From Spirochaetota bacterium (GTDB taxonomy: Bacteria; Spirochaetota; Spirochaetia; ARS1246), in assembly GCA_024275515.1 (NCBI GenBank), contig JAJRYZ010000244.1, positions 1,140 to 65,139 of the forward strand: a stretch of 64,000 bases of DNA, written 5' to 3'. Below the pieces are notes generated by a model. That model was given only the letters and a program-made list of their open reading frames with translations, made no database searches and was not told the origin of the DNA. Of the stretch, positions 51,370 through 60,640 are shown piece by piece. A program made the translations under genes and the position numbers. Within the stretch, counting starts at the first letter, position 1, and every line of letters starts with the position of its first letter.

Positions 51370-52581
51370 TCAGCGGACAATCGAGTAAAAACCGGCGAGC
51401 GGCGCGAGGTCGGCGGGCAGCTCCTTCAGCGGGACCGTGCCGTTCATCCGTTCGATCCGTTCGTGCTCGGTCCGGTTCATCCGCCCGATGTGAGTTTCCA
51501 TGATCTCCTGCAGCCGCTTGTTCCTGAATCTGTGGTAGCTGTAGTTTCCGACCGCTATGAATCCACGACGCAGCTTATGCGGAGATCCCGCGCCGGGATC
51601 GAATCTCGATATTCCTTTCTCTATCGCCCATTCGATCGGCGCGTAGTAGCACGCGTCGAAGTGCAGGTTCTCAACGTACGCGTCGGTTCCCCAGTATCTG
51701 CCGATGAGAGTATCTCGTTTGGTGAGAAGCATCGAAAGAGCGATCGGAGTATCCGGATCATCCGCGCGCGTCGCGGCGACGAAGAGCAGCCGACGGCGAA
51801 AATCGAGAAGCCTTTCGTCGAAGAACTCGCGCGTAAGATACTTCGCGGCCCACGGACCGAACTGATCGTTGGTCCGTTCGTAGTAGCGCCACATGAGCTG
51901 TGGAAAGAAGTCCGGAATCTCGTCACCGGTGTAGAGAGTGATCGTGAGACCCGCCTCGCGAAGAGATCGCCTCTCCCTGCGGATGTTTCGTCTTTGGTTT
52001 TTCCGGAAGGAGGCGAGATAGTCGTCGAACGTCGCGAACCCCGTATTTCTCCATTCGTAGCTCTGATGGTACCAGCCGAGGTATCCCGACGCGGGGAGCA
52101 ACCGCCCCCATCGCGGATCGACGAAAAGAAAATGAGCGCCGGAGAGCCGATTGGCTTCGCAGAACGCGTCGACCGCGCAAAGCATAAAGTCGGTCATAGC
52201 GGCCTCGTCTTCGCCGGCGGCAATGAGAAAGCGATACCCGACCGCGGGAGTCGCCGGGCTCATCCCGATCAACTTGGGATAGTAGGCGATGTCGAGTTGG
52301 GAAGCGACGTCGGCCCACACGTAGTCCCAAACGAACTCGCCTTCGCTGTGACCTTTGACGTATAGAGCCGCCGCCGCGACAAGCGTATCGCCTCTTCGGA
52401 CGGCTAGATGACAGGGGAGCCAGCCGTACCGGGGTGAGACGCTCTTCGAGGCCTCCATCCGCCGGAGCCATTCGTAGTCAAGAACGGGTGTGGGAAGCGG
52501 GTCGGCCAGCCGATTCCATTCTTCCGGTGCGATTTCTCCGATATCGGTGTGCCAGGAGATCGAGAGCTTTTCGAGCGCCAC
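51370..52581 (-). CDS. FemAB-like / DUF482-type GNAT-fold acyltransferase
   Basis: Conserved blocks WLPCHLAV, LYVKGHSEGEFVWDYVWAD, YYPKLIGMSPATP and GISRFDPGAG match the family known as peptidoglycan biosynthesis/recognition FemAB_like. Confidence 0.7.
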   Translation of the reverse strand: MALEKLSISWHTDIGEIAPEEWNRLADPLPTPVLDYEWLRRMEASKSVSPRYGWLPCHLAVRRGDTLVAAAALYVKGHSEGEFVWDYVWADVASQLDIAYYPKLIGMSPATPAVGYRFLIAAGEDEAAMTDFMLCAVDAFCEANRLSGAHFLFVDPRWGRLLPASGYLGWYHQSYEWRNTGFATFDDYLASFRKNQRRNIRRERRSLREAGLTITLYTGDEIPDFFPQLMWRYYERTNDQFGPWAAKYLTREFFDERLLDFRRRLLFVAATRADDPDTPIALSMLLTKRDTLIGRYWGTDAYVENLHFDACYYAPIEWAIEKGISRFDPGAGSPHKLRRGFIAVGNYSYHRFRNKRLQEIMETHIGRMNRTEHERIERMNGTVPLKELPADLAPLAGFYSIVR

Positions 52582-52667
52582 TGCCTACGAATATCGTTCC
52601 GCCGAGCGGCGCGGTCAACCGGGACCGGCTCTTCCCGATTCGGCAAATCGGAGTGAGAAAAGCTCTG

Positions 52668-53891
52668 CTAAAAGTGGTCCCACAACCCCAGAGACGGCGT
52701 CTGTTCGGGAAACAAAGCGCAGACCAGCGCTTTGGCCGATCCGGACGTTCGCATCCCGCATCGATTTATCAGGCGCTCCGGTTCGTCGGCGCCGATAAAC
52801 AACAACGCAAGCTCGTCTCCTCCCCGGACTCGATGCGCTCTCGTTTTCGTTCCGCGGGATTTCGCGCGCTCCTCTTCGTCGCGAACCGTTATTCCGCGAC
52901 GAGTCACCTCCAGCACAACGCTCTCGCGGTCCCTCTGTATCAAGAGGCTCCCCGTCCAGCTCGAGTACGCCGTGTCGCGAAGCCGGCGCGTCAGCGTTTT
53001 CTGCATGCTCTCAAGGCACGCCGGCAGGTTCGCGATCCGGATCATGCTTCCGCCCGACGGATCGTGGTACTCTTCGCGACGATACCGGATCGAATCGAGC
53101 GCGTCGAACAGCGTGTGTCGCCTGTGGAGGTTGCGGATTATCAATTCGAAACAACCGTTGCGTCTGACCAGCTGAGCGCAGGCGGCCAAGATTTCATCGG
53201 CATCGCCGGCGCAGTCGATGAGCAGGCAACCGCCGTCGCGATGTGCGACAATCACATAGCCGCTCGTTGCCTCTCCGCTCGACCGCCACCGATAGCACGA
53301 CCATTCATCCGGACGGCGGTTGCGCCGGTAGGTCGGACGCACGGCCGTGCCGGTCAGTCCCGCGTTGCACCGGTTGGCGATCTCGTCGAATCCGTTATCC
53401 GGCCCGTACCGTACTTTGCGAAGCTTGAGCTTCGCCTGAGGCGCGGGAAGGTCACGCTCGGCGACCGTTATCGACGAGGCGTCCCACGCCGGCACGTACC
53501 CGAACCGCTGATAGAAGTCCGGAATTCCGAACAGCACCGACAACCCGTAGCCTTGGTCCGCCATGGCCTCGCAGCCGGCTTCGGCGGTCTCCCTCATGTA
53601 TCCGCGTTTCCGATATCTGCGGTCGGTCATTACCGCGCCGATCCCTCCGGTGCGGATCGCGTCGCCTCCCACGCGCGTTCGATAATCCCACACTCCAAAA
53701 TGCGAAACTATCTCGTCGCCGATAAGCCCGATTCGTGAGGTGCGCCAGTTGTAGTGGCTCTCTTCGATATAGCCGTTTCGGCAGTAGTCGAAGCTCCCCC
53801 AGTAGTTGCCGAAGGATTTTCCCATGAGGTCGTAGAGCGCCGCCCGATGCGTTTCCGGGTCCGGGTGCTCGATGCGTAGGGCCCGTGCCAT
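52668..53891 (-). CDS. Eis-like GNAT N-acetyltransferase (~400 aa, GNAT plus C-terminal SCP2-like region)
   Basis: GNAT core GIGAVMTDRRYRKRGYMRE...LFGIPDFYQRFGY. The overall length and organisation match the Eis family. Confidence 0.65.
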   Translation of the reverse strand: MARALRIEHPDPETHRAALYDLMGKSFGNYWGSFDYCRNGYIEESHYNWRTSRIGLIGDEIVSHFGVWDYRTRVGGDAIRTGGIGAVMTDRRYRKRGYMRETAEAGCEAMADQGYGLSVLFGIPDFYQRFGYVPAWDASSITVAERDLPAPQAKLKLRKVRYGPDNGFDEIANRCNAGLTGTAVRPTYRRNRRPDEWSCYRWRSSGEATSGYVIVAHRDGGCLLIDCAGDADEILAACAQLVRRNGCFELIIRNLHRRHTLFDALDSIRYRREEYHDPSGGSMIRIANLPACLESMQKTLTRRLRDTAYSSWTGSLLIQRDRESVVLEVTRRGITVRDEEERAKSRGTKTRAHRVRGGDELALLFIGADEPERLINRCGMRTSGSAKALVCALFPEQTPSLGLWDHF

Positions 53892-54078
53892 GAATGCGAT
53901 CCATGCTATGTGTCGGCCGCGGGCATGTCAACAAGAACGAGAAGGGCGGAGCAGTCCCGGTTTGACGACCCACATGGAAAATCACTCAGGAAGGGCGTGC
54001 GCGATCACCGGGCGACGAGGGGGCGGGTTGTGCAACGCGACGCGAGGCGCCATAGTCGTGAGGTGGGAGACACGGAAG

Positions 54079-54735
54079 ATGACCGTCGAGGCGATACTCA
54101 ACGCGACGCGATTTTCGCGACGATCGGGCGGCGGTCGACCGAACGGCGTGATTCCATCGATCGAAAAGGCCCCGCCACATCGATCCGCCGCCGGGGAGCG
54201 CGTTATCCGCTACGATGTGATCGACTCGCCGTTCGGCTGCTGTTTTCTCGGGTTGACGGAAGAGAGTGTTTGCAGGCTCGAGTTTCCCGACACCACCGAT
54301 CCGACCGCGTCGCTGGCGCGTCTGCGGGCGGACTGGCCGGAAGCGCGCCTCGTGTGCGAAAAGGCGGCCGTGGTCGAAGCGGCCCCGCGGGTCTTCGGCG
54401 ACGGGCCGGAACGGCCGTCGATTGTCGTTCGGGGTACGTGCTTTCAGTTCCAGGTGTGGCGCGCCTTGACTACCGTTTCACCGGGGAGTCTCGTTTGCTA
54501 CGGCGATCTGGCCGCCTGGATCGGACGGCCGACCGCGACGCGGGCCGTAGGCGGCGCCGTCGGCCGCAATCCGGTCGCCTATCTCATACCGTGTCATCGC
54601 GTTGTCCGAAAAACCGGCGAGATCGGCGGCTATCGGTGGGGGGTGCGACGAAAATGCCTCATGATAGCGCGCGAGCTTCGGGCGGCCGGACGAGTTCTCG
54701 ACGCGGCGTCGAAGTCGGGGGCGAGGCAAGGTTAG
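54079..54735 (+). CDS. ogt: methylated-DNA-protein-cysteine methyltransferase
   Basis: Active site IPCHRVV, preceded by FQFQVW and YGDLAAWIGRPTATRAVGGAVGRNP. The start is uncertain (ATG 54079 is chosen; the track gives 53872). Confidence 0.8.
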   Translation: MTVEAILNATRFSRRSGGGRPNGVIPSIEKAPPHRSAAGERVIRYDVIDSPFGCCFLGLTEESVCRLEFPDTTDPTASLARLRADWPEARLVCEKAAVVEAAPRVFGDGPERPSIVVRGTCFQFQVWRALTTVSPGSLVCYGDLAAWIGRPTATRAVGGAVGRNPVAYLIPCHRVVRKTGEIGGYRWGVRRKCLMIARELRAAGRVLDAASKSGARQG

Positions 54736-54747
54736 GGCGGTGAACGA

Positions 54748-55467
54748 TCAGAACATCTTACCTTCGGCGGCGTAGAGCGACGCGTCGAGCCCCGAGTCTC
54801 TCGCGATTCGTTTCCCTTCCGCCGCCCAGATCATTCCACGACGCATCAGTTCTTTCGGTCCGGGCAGCTGCATAATGTCGGCGTGATGGCCGAGCGATGT
54901 ATAGTAGATCCGACCCAGACCCCATCGCTTCGTCCACACGACCGGCATGTCTACCGACCCGTTGGATGAGTGATACCAGCGAAAAACCGGGTACCTCGTC
55001 GTCGCGAGAACCTCGACCGCAGGGTCGATGTGCAGGTAGTACTGTTCGGAGGCGACCGTGAAGTCCTCGATACCTTCGGTCAGTGGACTGGACGAGTTGA
55101 GGATGTTCACTACGTATTCCACGCCGTCGCCTCCCGGGTGCGAGACCCAGTTGCCGCCCGTTATGAACTGCCAAAGCACGTTGGTGCGAAAGGCGTCGCA
55201 CATTCCGCCGTGACAGCCCGCCATTCCCGTTCCGTTCGCTATCGCCTCGGATACGTTTTCGGCCCGTTCGTTCGACAGCTCGCCCATCGTCCACACGGGA
55301 ACGATCAGGTCGAGTTCTTTCAGATCGTCGGCGTCGTCGAACGGTTCGAGGGTATCCGACACGGTCACCCCGAATCCGTCGGCTTCGAGAAGTCCGGCGA
55401 AAAGATCGCCGATCTGCTTCGGTTCGTGGCCGTCCCAGCCGCCCCTTACGATCAATGCTTTCTTCAT
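54748..55467 (-). CDS. ThuA-domain protein (trehalose-utilisation-like, class-I glutamine-amidotransferase-like fold)
   Basis: MKKALIVRGGWDGHEP..., GCHGGM and YTSLGHH are typical of ThuA. ATG 55467. Confidence 0.8.
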   Translation of the reverse strand: MKKALIVRGGWDGHEPKQIGDLFAGLLEADGFGVTVSDTLEPFDDADDLKELDLIVPVWTMGELSNERAENVSEAIANGTGMAGCHGGMCDAFRTNVLWQFITGGNWVSHPGGDGVEYVVNILNSSSPLTEGIEDFTVASEQYYLHIDPAVEVLATTRYPVFRWYHSSNGSVDMPVVWTKRWGLGRIYYTSLGHHADIMQLPGPKELMRRGMIWAAEGKRIARDSGLDASLYAAEGKMF

Positions 55468-55634
55468 GATTTCCGCTCCGTTTGAAAACGCGTGGTAGTG
55501 AAGACCCATCATGCCGGAAGGTTCCGCGCGGCGCAACCCGACCGGCGGTTCCGAACTGCGGCCAAGGTTTCTACCGCGGTGCCCACAGCAGGGTCGTCGT
55601 TGCGGCGGCCGATCAAAGGTGGTAATGTGACCTC

Positions 55635-56693
55635 GTGACCAAGAATGAAACGTTCCTGCGGCGTCTGTATGGGGCGGACACCGTCTCTCGCCCCGCTTTC
55701 ACGTCGGTTCCCGCTTTGAAAGGGGTGATTGACCATCCGGACGGCGATTATTCGGTTTCTCGCGCGCCGATCGAGCGGTGGGTCAGGTGGGCGGTGGAGA
55801 ACTACCGAGCGCGCGCGCGATGCGCCGAGGCCCTCGGCGACGACACGGTTCCGGTCGCCCGGCTGAGCACCGGCACGCATCTGTACGCCGCGGCTTTCGG
55901 GTGCGAGGTCGTTACTCCCGAAGACAGCAACCCTTTCGCGCTTCCGCTCGTCCGGACCGCCGAGGAGGCCGACCGGCTGGAGGAACCGGACATCTGGACC
56001 TCGCCGGGGCTCTATCGTGTATTCGAGCTGGCGCGGCTTGTTCGGCGCGAGCTGGGCGATGAGGCATGGCTGGGACCGTGCGATATGCAGACCGGATTCG
56101 ATATCGCGGCGCAGGTCTGGAACAAGACCGATCTGTTCATCGCCATGACCGACCCGCGGCAGAAACCGGCGGTGCATCGGCTCGCCGCAAAGTGCGCCCG
56201 TCTACTGGAAACCTTCCTCGCCGCGCTTCGCGCCGAGTTTCCGCGGATGAGCCTGTGCGGCTGTCCGACGGTATGGTCTCCACCGGAGCTGGGACCGTGG
56301 CCGTCGAACGACGAGTGCGGCGCGGTCGGGGTCGGGATGTTCGAAGAGTTCATGCTGCCGGAGCTTATCGCGCTTTCGGAGCGCTTCGGAAGCATCGGCA
56401 TGCACTGCTGCGCGGCGGCCGATCATCAATTCGAGTCGTTCAAGAAGATTCCCCACTTCTACGCGTTCAACCGTGTGCCGCCGCTCGGCAGCGGCGAGAC
56501 AGGGTTCGATTCGGCGGTCCTCACGCTCGGCGGCCCGACGGGGCCGGTCTTCGTACTCGGCTGGATAAGCGTCGACGTCGTCGAGCACGTGCTCCGAATC
56601 GCTCCCGAGGGAACACGGTTCATCTTTCAGCAGGTGGTCGCCGACGTCGACGAGGGGAAGCGCAACCTCGACCGCATGTGTGCGCTCGTTTGA
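55635..56693 (+). CDS. distant uroporphyrinogen decarboxylase (URO-D)-like family protein, paralogue 3
   Basis: Weaker but collinear resemblance (AAAFGCEVVTPEDSNP, LGPCDMQTGFDIAAQVW, FEEFMLPELIALSERFGSIGMHCC). GTG start at 55635. Confidence 0.5.
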   Translation: MTKNETFLRRLYGADTVSRPAFTSVPALKGVIDHPDGDYSVSRAPIERWVRWAVENYRARARCAEALGDDTVPVARLSTGTHLYAAAFGCEVVTPEDSNPFALPLVRTAEEADRLEEPDIWTSPGLYRVFELARLVRRELGDEAWLGPCDMQTGFDIAAQVWNKTDLFIAMTDPRQKPAVHRLAAKCARLLETFLAALRAEFPRMSLCGCPTVWSPPELGPWPSNDECGAVGVGMFEEFMLPELIALSERFGSIGMHCCAAADHQFESFKKIPHFYAFNRVPPLGSGETGFDSAVLTLGGPTGPVFVLGWISVDVVEHVLRIAPEGTRFIFQQVVADVDEGKRNLDRMCALV

Positions 56694-56785
56694 AACGAGG
56701 TGTGCGCGTGAAACCGACCGGTTTCGCGTCGACCCGCCGGATCCGTTTGCATCGCCCCGGAGCTCCGATCTAGAATGGCAGCATT

Positions 56786-57880
56786 ATGAAGAAATCGAAA
56801 ACGAAATGTATCGGTATACTCACCGCCGGAGGCGACTGTCCCGGGTTGAACGCGGCGATTCGTGGCGTCGCGAAAGCGGCGCTGAGCGAATACGGCATGA
56901 AGGTAATCGGATTTCAGGACGGGTTTCGCGGTCTCGTGGAGAACCGGACGATCATCCTCAACGATTCGAGCGTGTCCGGCATTCTCACTCTGGGAGGGAC
57001 CTTGCTCGGGACGAGCAGAGACAAGCCGCACAAGATGCTGATGGGCGGCGAGAAGATGGATATGACGCAGGCCGCCGCGGATAACGTTCGCCGACATCAG
57101 ATCGATTGTCTCGTCTGCCTCGGCGGCGGCGGAACTCAGAAGAACGCGATGCGTCTTCACGAAAAAGGCGGCGTCGATGTCCTGACGTTGCCCAAGACGA
57201 TCGACAACGACGTCGCCGAGACCGACGTGACGTTCGGATTCGACACCGCCATGAACATCGCGACGGAGGCCATCGACCGACTGCATACCACCGCGACCTC
57301 GCACCACCGGATTATCGTGTGCGAGCTCATGGGGCATGACGCAGGATGGCTCGCTTTGGGCGCCGGCATTGCCGGCGGCGCCGATGTTATCCTGATACCC
57401 GAATTGCCCTTTGATCTGGACGTGGTTGCCGAACATCTGCTGGAGCGGCGGCGTAACGGCAAACGGTTCTCTATTATCGCCGTTGCCGAAGGCGCCGAAG
57501 CGAAAGACGGTCTTACCGCCGCCGGCGGCGGAAGGTCGAGCAATGCGGAGGGGACGGGCCCGCCCGTACAGGAGCCGCACGCGAGTCGCCTGACCCGGGA
57601 GCTTCAACGGCTGACGGGAATCGAGGCGAGGGTGACGTCGCTCGGTCACGTTCAGCGCGGCGGCGCGCCGTCGCCCACCGATCGGCTCTACTGCACGCTG
57701 CTCGGGACCAAAGCGGGCGAACTCCTCGCCGATGGTCGATATAACGTGATGGTGGCGATCAAAGGCGGTCGCTGCGAGGCGGTTCCGCTTGAAAAGGTGG
57801 CCGGCAAAAAGAAGCTCGTGCCGAAAGACCACCCGTGGGTGCACGCTGCGCGGCTTGTCGACACGTGCTTGGGCAACTGA
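56786..57880 (+). CDS. pfkA: 6-phosphofructokinase (phosphoryl-donor specificity not resolved)
   Basis: Motifs [33 protein letters not shown] and [10 protein letters not shown] are present. Confidence 0.9.
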   Translation: MKKSKTKCIGILTAGGDCPGLNAAIRGVAKAALSEYGMKVIGFQDGFRGLVENRTIILNDSSVSGILTLGGTLLGTSRDKPHKMLMGGEKMDMTQAAADNVRRHQIDCLVCLGGGGTQKNAMRLHEKGGVDVLTLPKTIDNDVAETDVTFGFDTAMNIATEAIDRLHTTATSHHRIIVCELMGHDAGWLALGAGIAGGADVILIPELPFDLDVVAEHLLERRRNGKRFSIIAVAEGAEAKDGLTAAGGGRSSNAEGTGPPVQEPHASRLTRELQRLTGIEARVTSLGHVQRGGAPSPTDRLYCTLLGTKAGELLADGRYNVMVAIKGGRCEAVPLEKVAGKKKLVPKDHPWVHAARLVDTCLGN

Positions 57881-57893
57881 GCGGCCGCGGGTC

Positions 57894-58529
57894 CTATTGG
57901 TCCGATTCGAGCGCTTTGACCATCTCCGAGACCGGCTGCCCGGTCGGGGATTGAAAATCCGGATCAAGCGTGACGACTTCGCGCCACGCCGCCGCGGCGT
58001 CGTCGGGTCGTCCGAGATCGTGGAGCAACACTACGCCGAGATTGAAGCGCGACATGAGGTGCGACGGATCGATCGCCGCGGCCTCTCTGAAAAGTTCCGC
58101 CGCCCGTTCCGACTTCCCCAAGTGGCGATACATGATACCCATGTCGGTAATCACGTCCGGGTTCTCAGGATCGAGGGCGAGCGATTTTTCGTACGCTTCG
58201 ATTGCGGCTTCCGGCCGGCCGATGTCGAAGTAAGCATTGCCGAGACGGGTCCATGCGTCGGCGTTGTCGGAGGCGTCCGAGGCCTGACGCTTGAGATCCG
58301 CGATCCACTCCGAATCGGAGACCGACGAATCGGAAGCGACCGGCTGCACCTCGAGCTCCCGCGACTGCGGAGTGAACTTTACCGTTTCGGTGGCGCGACC
58401 GATGATGAAACCCACCACGAAGGTAACAACCGCGACGATTACCGTAATGTCGGATCGTATTCCCGACGTGCCGGTCCTCCGATTTGCATTGGTTTTTGTT
58501 ACGGGCTTTCCCTCGGTACTTTTCGCCAC
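57894..58529 (-). CDS. membrane-anchored tetratricopeptide-repeat protein
   Basis: One TM segment (ITVIVAVVTFVVGFIIG) followed by TPR units (AWTRLGNAYFDIGRPEAAIEAYEKSLALDPEN...). GTG 58529 is preceded by GAGGAGG at 5 nt. The track ORF adds 60 codons. Confidence 0.7.
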   Translation of the reverse strand: MAKSTEGKPVTKTNANRRTGTSGIRSDITVIVAVVTFVVGFIIGRATETVKFTPQSRELEVQPVASDSSVSDSEWIADLKRQASDASDNADAWTRLGNAYFDIGRPEAAIEAYEKSLALDPENPDVITDMGIMYRHLGKSERAAELFREAAAIDPSHLMSRFNLGVVLLHDLGRPDDAAAAWREVVTLDPDFQSPTGQPVSEMVKALESDQ

Positions 58530-58751
58530 GAAATCCTCCTCACGTGCCGGCTGCGGCTTGTTCGACGCTGCGGGTACGAACCCCGTCGCGCGAAACCACG
58601 GGATTCTTATCGTTGCGCAGAGGGTAGCTGGAAACGAGAAGCTGCGCAATAGCTGAGACTCGGAGTCAGTTTTGCCGGCGGCCCGGCGCGGCAAACCACG
58701 TTCGCCCATTTCCGCGAATCGCGATTTGTGTTACAAGTTGAGTGGGGAGAC

Positions 58752-59717
58752 ATGCGCAGATACGTATTGGTCAACGGCAGATTCGCACATCCTTCCTCCG
58801 AGGTGCGCGAACGCCTTCAAGCGGTATCGGGGGAGTTCGCTTTGATGTTCGGCGGCGACTCCGATGCGCTCGGTGAGGTGATTGAATCGGTCGAGGTCGC
58901 GTGCGGCGGCATCCCCGACGCGCTCGTATCGAGCGCGCACCTCTTGAAATGGGTACAACTCCAGGGCGCCGGCGCCGAAGGGGCTCTTCGAAGGTATGGG
59001 CGCATTCCCGGGATTATTATTACGAATGCGTCGGGCGTGCACGGCGCCCCGATCGCCGAGCATCTTCTTGCGCTGATCCTTGCGTTTGCGAGGCAGTTAC
59101 ACAAATCGATTCGCAATCAAACCCGAAGCGTCTGGGATCGTTCGATAGGCGAGGGTTTTTTCGAACTCGGAGGTAAGCGCGTCTTTGTCGCGGGGCTCGG
59201 AGCGATCGGCCTCGCCTTTGCGGAGCGGGCCGCCGCGCTCGGTATGACGGTGACGGGACTGCGACGGCAGCCGGCCGCCGATCCGCCGGCGGGGGTTTCG
59301 AAGCTCTTTCGCCCTGAGGAGCTCGCCGCCGCCGTCTCCGACGCCGATTTCATAGTCAACGTACTGCCTTACACCCCCGAGACTCGCGGGATGTTCGACG
59401 GCGTCGTATTCGCCGCGATGAAATCGACGGCGATCTTTCTCAACGCCGGAAGAGGGAAGACGGTCGATGAAGCCGCGCTTATCGAGGCGCTTCGAAGCGG
59501 CCGCCTCGCCGGCGCGGGGCTCGACGTGTTCGCCGACGAACCGCTTCCCGGCGATTCGCCGTTGTGGACCATGGAGCAGGTGATCGTCACACCGCACATC
59601 GCGGGGCTTTCGCCGCGGTACGACGAGCGGCTCCTGGACATTTTCTGCGAGAATCTCAGGCGATACGTTCGCGGCGAGACGTTGATGAACGTGGTCGACC
59701 CCTCTCTCGGGTATTGA
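58752..59717 (+). CDS. D-isomer-specific 2-hydroxyacid dehydrogenase
   Basis: VAGLGAIGLAFAERA (NAD motif), NAGRGK and TPHIAG are present. ATG 58752 is preceded by GGGGAGA. Confidence 0.85.
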   Translation: MRRYVLVNGRFAHPSSEVRERLQAVSGEFALMFGGDSDALGEVIESVEVACGGIPDALVSSAHLLKWVQLQGAGAEGALRRYGRIPGIIITNASGVHGAPIAEHLLALILAFARQLHKSIRNQTRSVWDRSIGEGFFELGGKRVFVAGLGAIGLAFAERAAALGMTVTGLRRQPAADPPAGVSKLFRPEELAAAVSDADFIVNVLPYTPETRGMFDGVVFAAMKSTAIFLNAGRGKTVDEAALIEALRSGRLAGAGLDVFADEPLPGDSPLWTMEQVIVTPHIAGLSPRYDERLLDIFCENLRRYVRGETLMNVVDPSLGY

Positions 59718-59734
59718 AAAGCCGCGACACGGCG

Positions 59735-60640
59735 TCAGGAGGATCGCACTTTTCGGAACACGTCGCGGAAAACGGCGTCACGGTCTATGCTCCGAACGCA
59801 GCGGATCAGGTGTCGCGATTCGTCGAAACTCCAGGTGAGCCCGTCGGTAAGGATCGGGCTGTGTACGAGGTCTGCGGCAAACCACGACGGATTGACGAGA
59901 TAAGAGGTCGCGGCGATGTCCCAGATGACTTTAGACCATCCGAAATGGTCGTCGTGATAATCGGCGACGATATCCACGAAATAGTCCGCTACCGCGCTCG
60001 TCCCGCGGAGCGCGTTCTCCAACTCGGGCACCGAGACGTGAAGATGCGAGGTAACGTTCAAGCACGGCACCTGAACCAACGGAACGCCGGAATCGAAGAG
60101 GATCCGTGAGGCGTGAAGGTCCTGCATCAGGTTGAACTCGCGCGTCGTCGGCCACCATCGGGCGTTTCCTCCGAGCCAGACTATCCGAATCCGGTCGATT
60201 ATTGACGGTTCGATGAGCATCGCCGACGCCACGTTGGTGACGGCGCCGATAGCAACGACATAGAGCGGCCGGTCGTCGGCGAGGGCACGTTCGATCAAAT
60301 CGCGCGCGGCCGGAGAATCCTGAGGAGAATCTTTTCCCGAGAGATATCCTCGCGACCCCTTGTACACCGGGGCCTCCGGGGTTTCTTTCATGCGCTCATA
60401 GAGACGCAGGATCTCCGCGTAACTCTTCTCCATACCGTCCTCGGGTCCCGCGGAGCGCGCGTTGTGAAACGGCGCCGCGTACAACGCCTCGACCTCCATG
60501 TCTGAGGCAAGCGCGTGAACGACGGCGAATTGATCGTCGACCTCGTTGTACGTGTCGGTGTCGAGGACCATCCGAACACTTCCGGCCGGCGGCTCGAGCG
60601 CGGCGACCAGATCGGATGCGGGCGTCTGTGCAGCATTCAT
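59735..60640 (-). CDS. nucleoside hydrolase (IU-NH family)
   Basis: N-terminal Asp cluster VLDTDTYNEVDDQFAV. Its ATG directly abuts the stop of the upstream AraC gene (TAAATG). Confidence 0.85.
   Translation of the reverse strand: MNAAQTPASDLVAALEPPAGSVRMVLDTDTYNEVDDQFAVVHALASDMEVEALYAAPFHNARSAGPEDGMEKSYAEILRLYERMKETPEAPVYKGSRGYLSGKDSPQDSPAARDLIERALADDRPLYVVAIGAVTNVASAMLIEPSIIDRIRIVWLGGNARWWPTTREFNLMQDLHASRILFDSGVPLVQVPCLNVTSHLHVSVPELENALRGTSAVADYFVDIVADYHDDHFGWSKVIWDIAATSYLVNPSWFAADLVHSPILTDGLTWSFDESRHLIRCVRSIDRDAVFRDVFRKVRSS

Noticed and set aside
52434-53738. A 434-aa plus-strand ORF opposite the Eis-like GNAT gene
   Set aside because: It is an Arg-rich antisense shadow. The minus strand encodes a recognisable GNAT core.
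56786-57880. Assigning the phosphofructokinase as PPi- versus ATP-dependent
   Set aside because: The diagnostic positions read GGGGTQ here and do not match the textbook GGDG (ATP) or GGDD (PPi) forms. I cannot decide from sequence alone, so the call is left generic.
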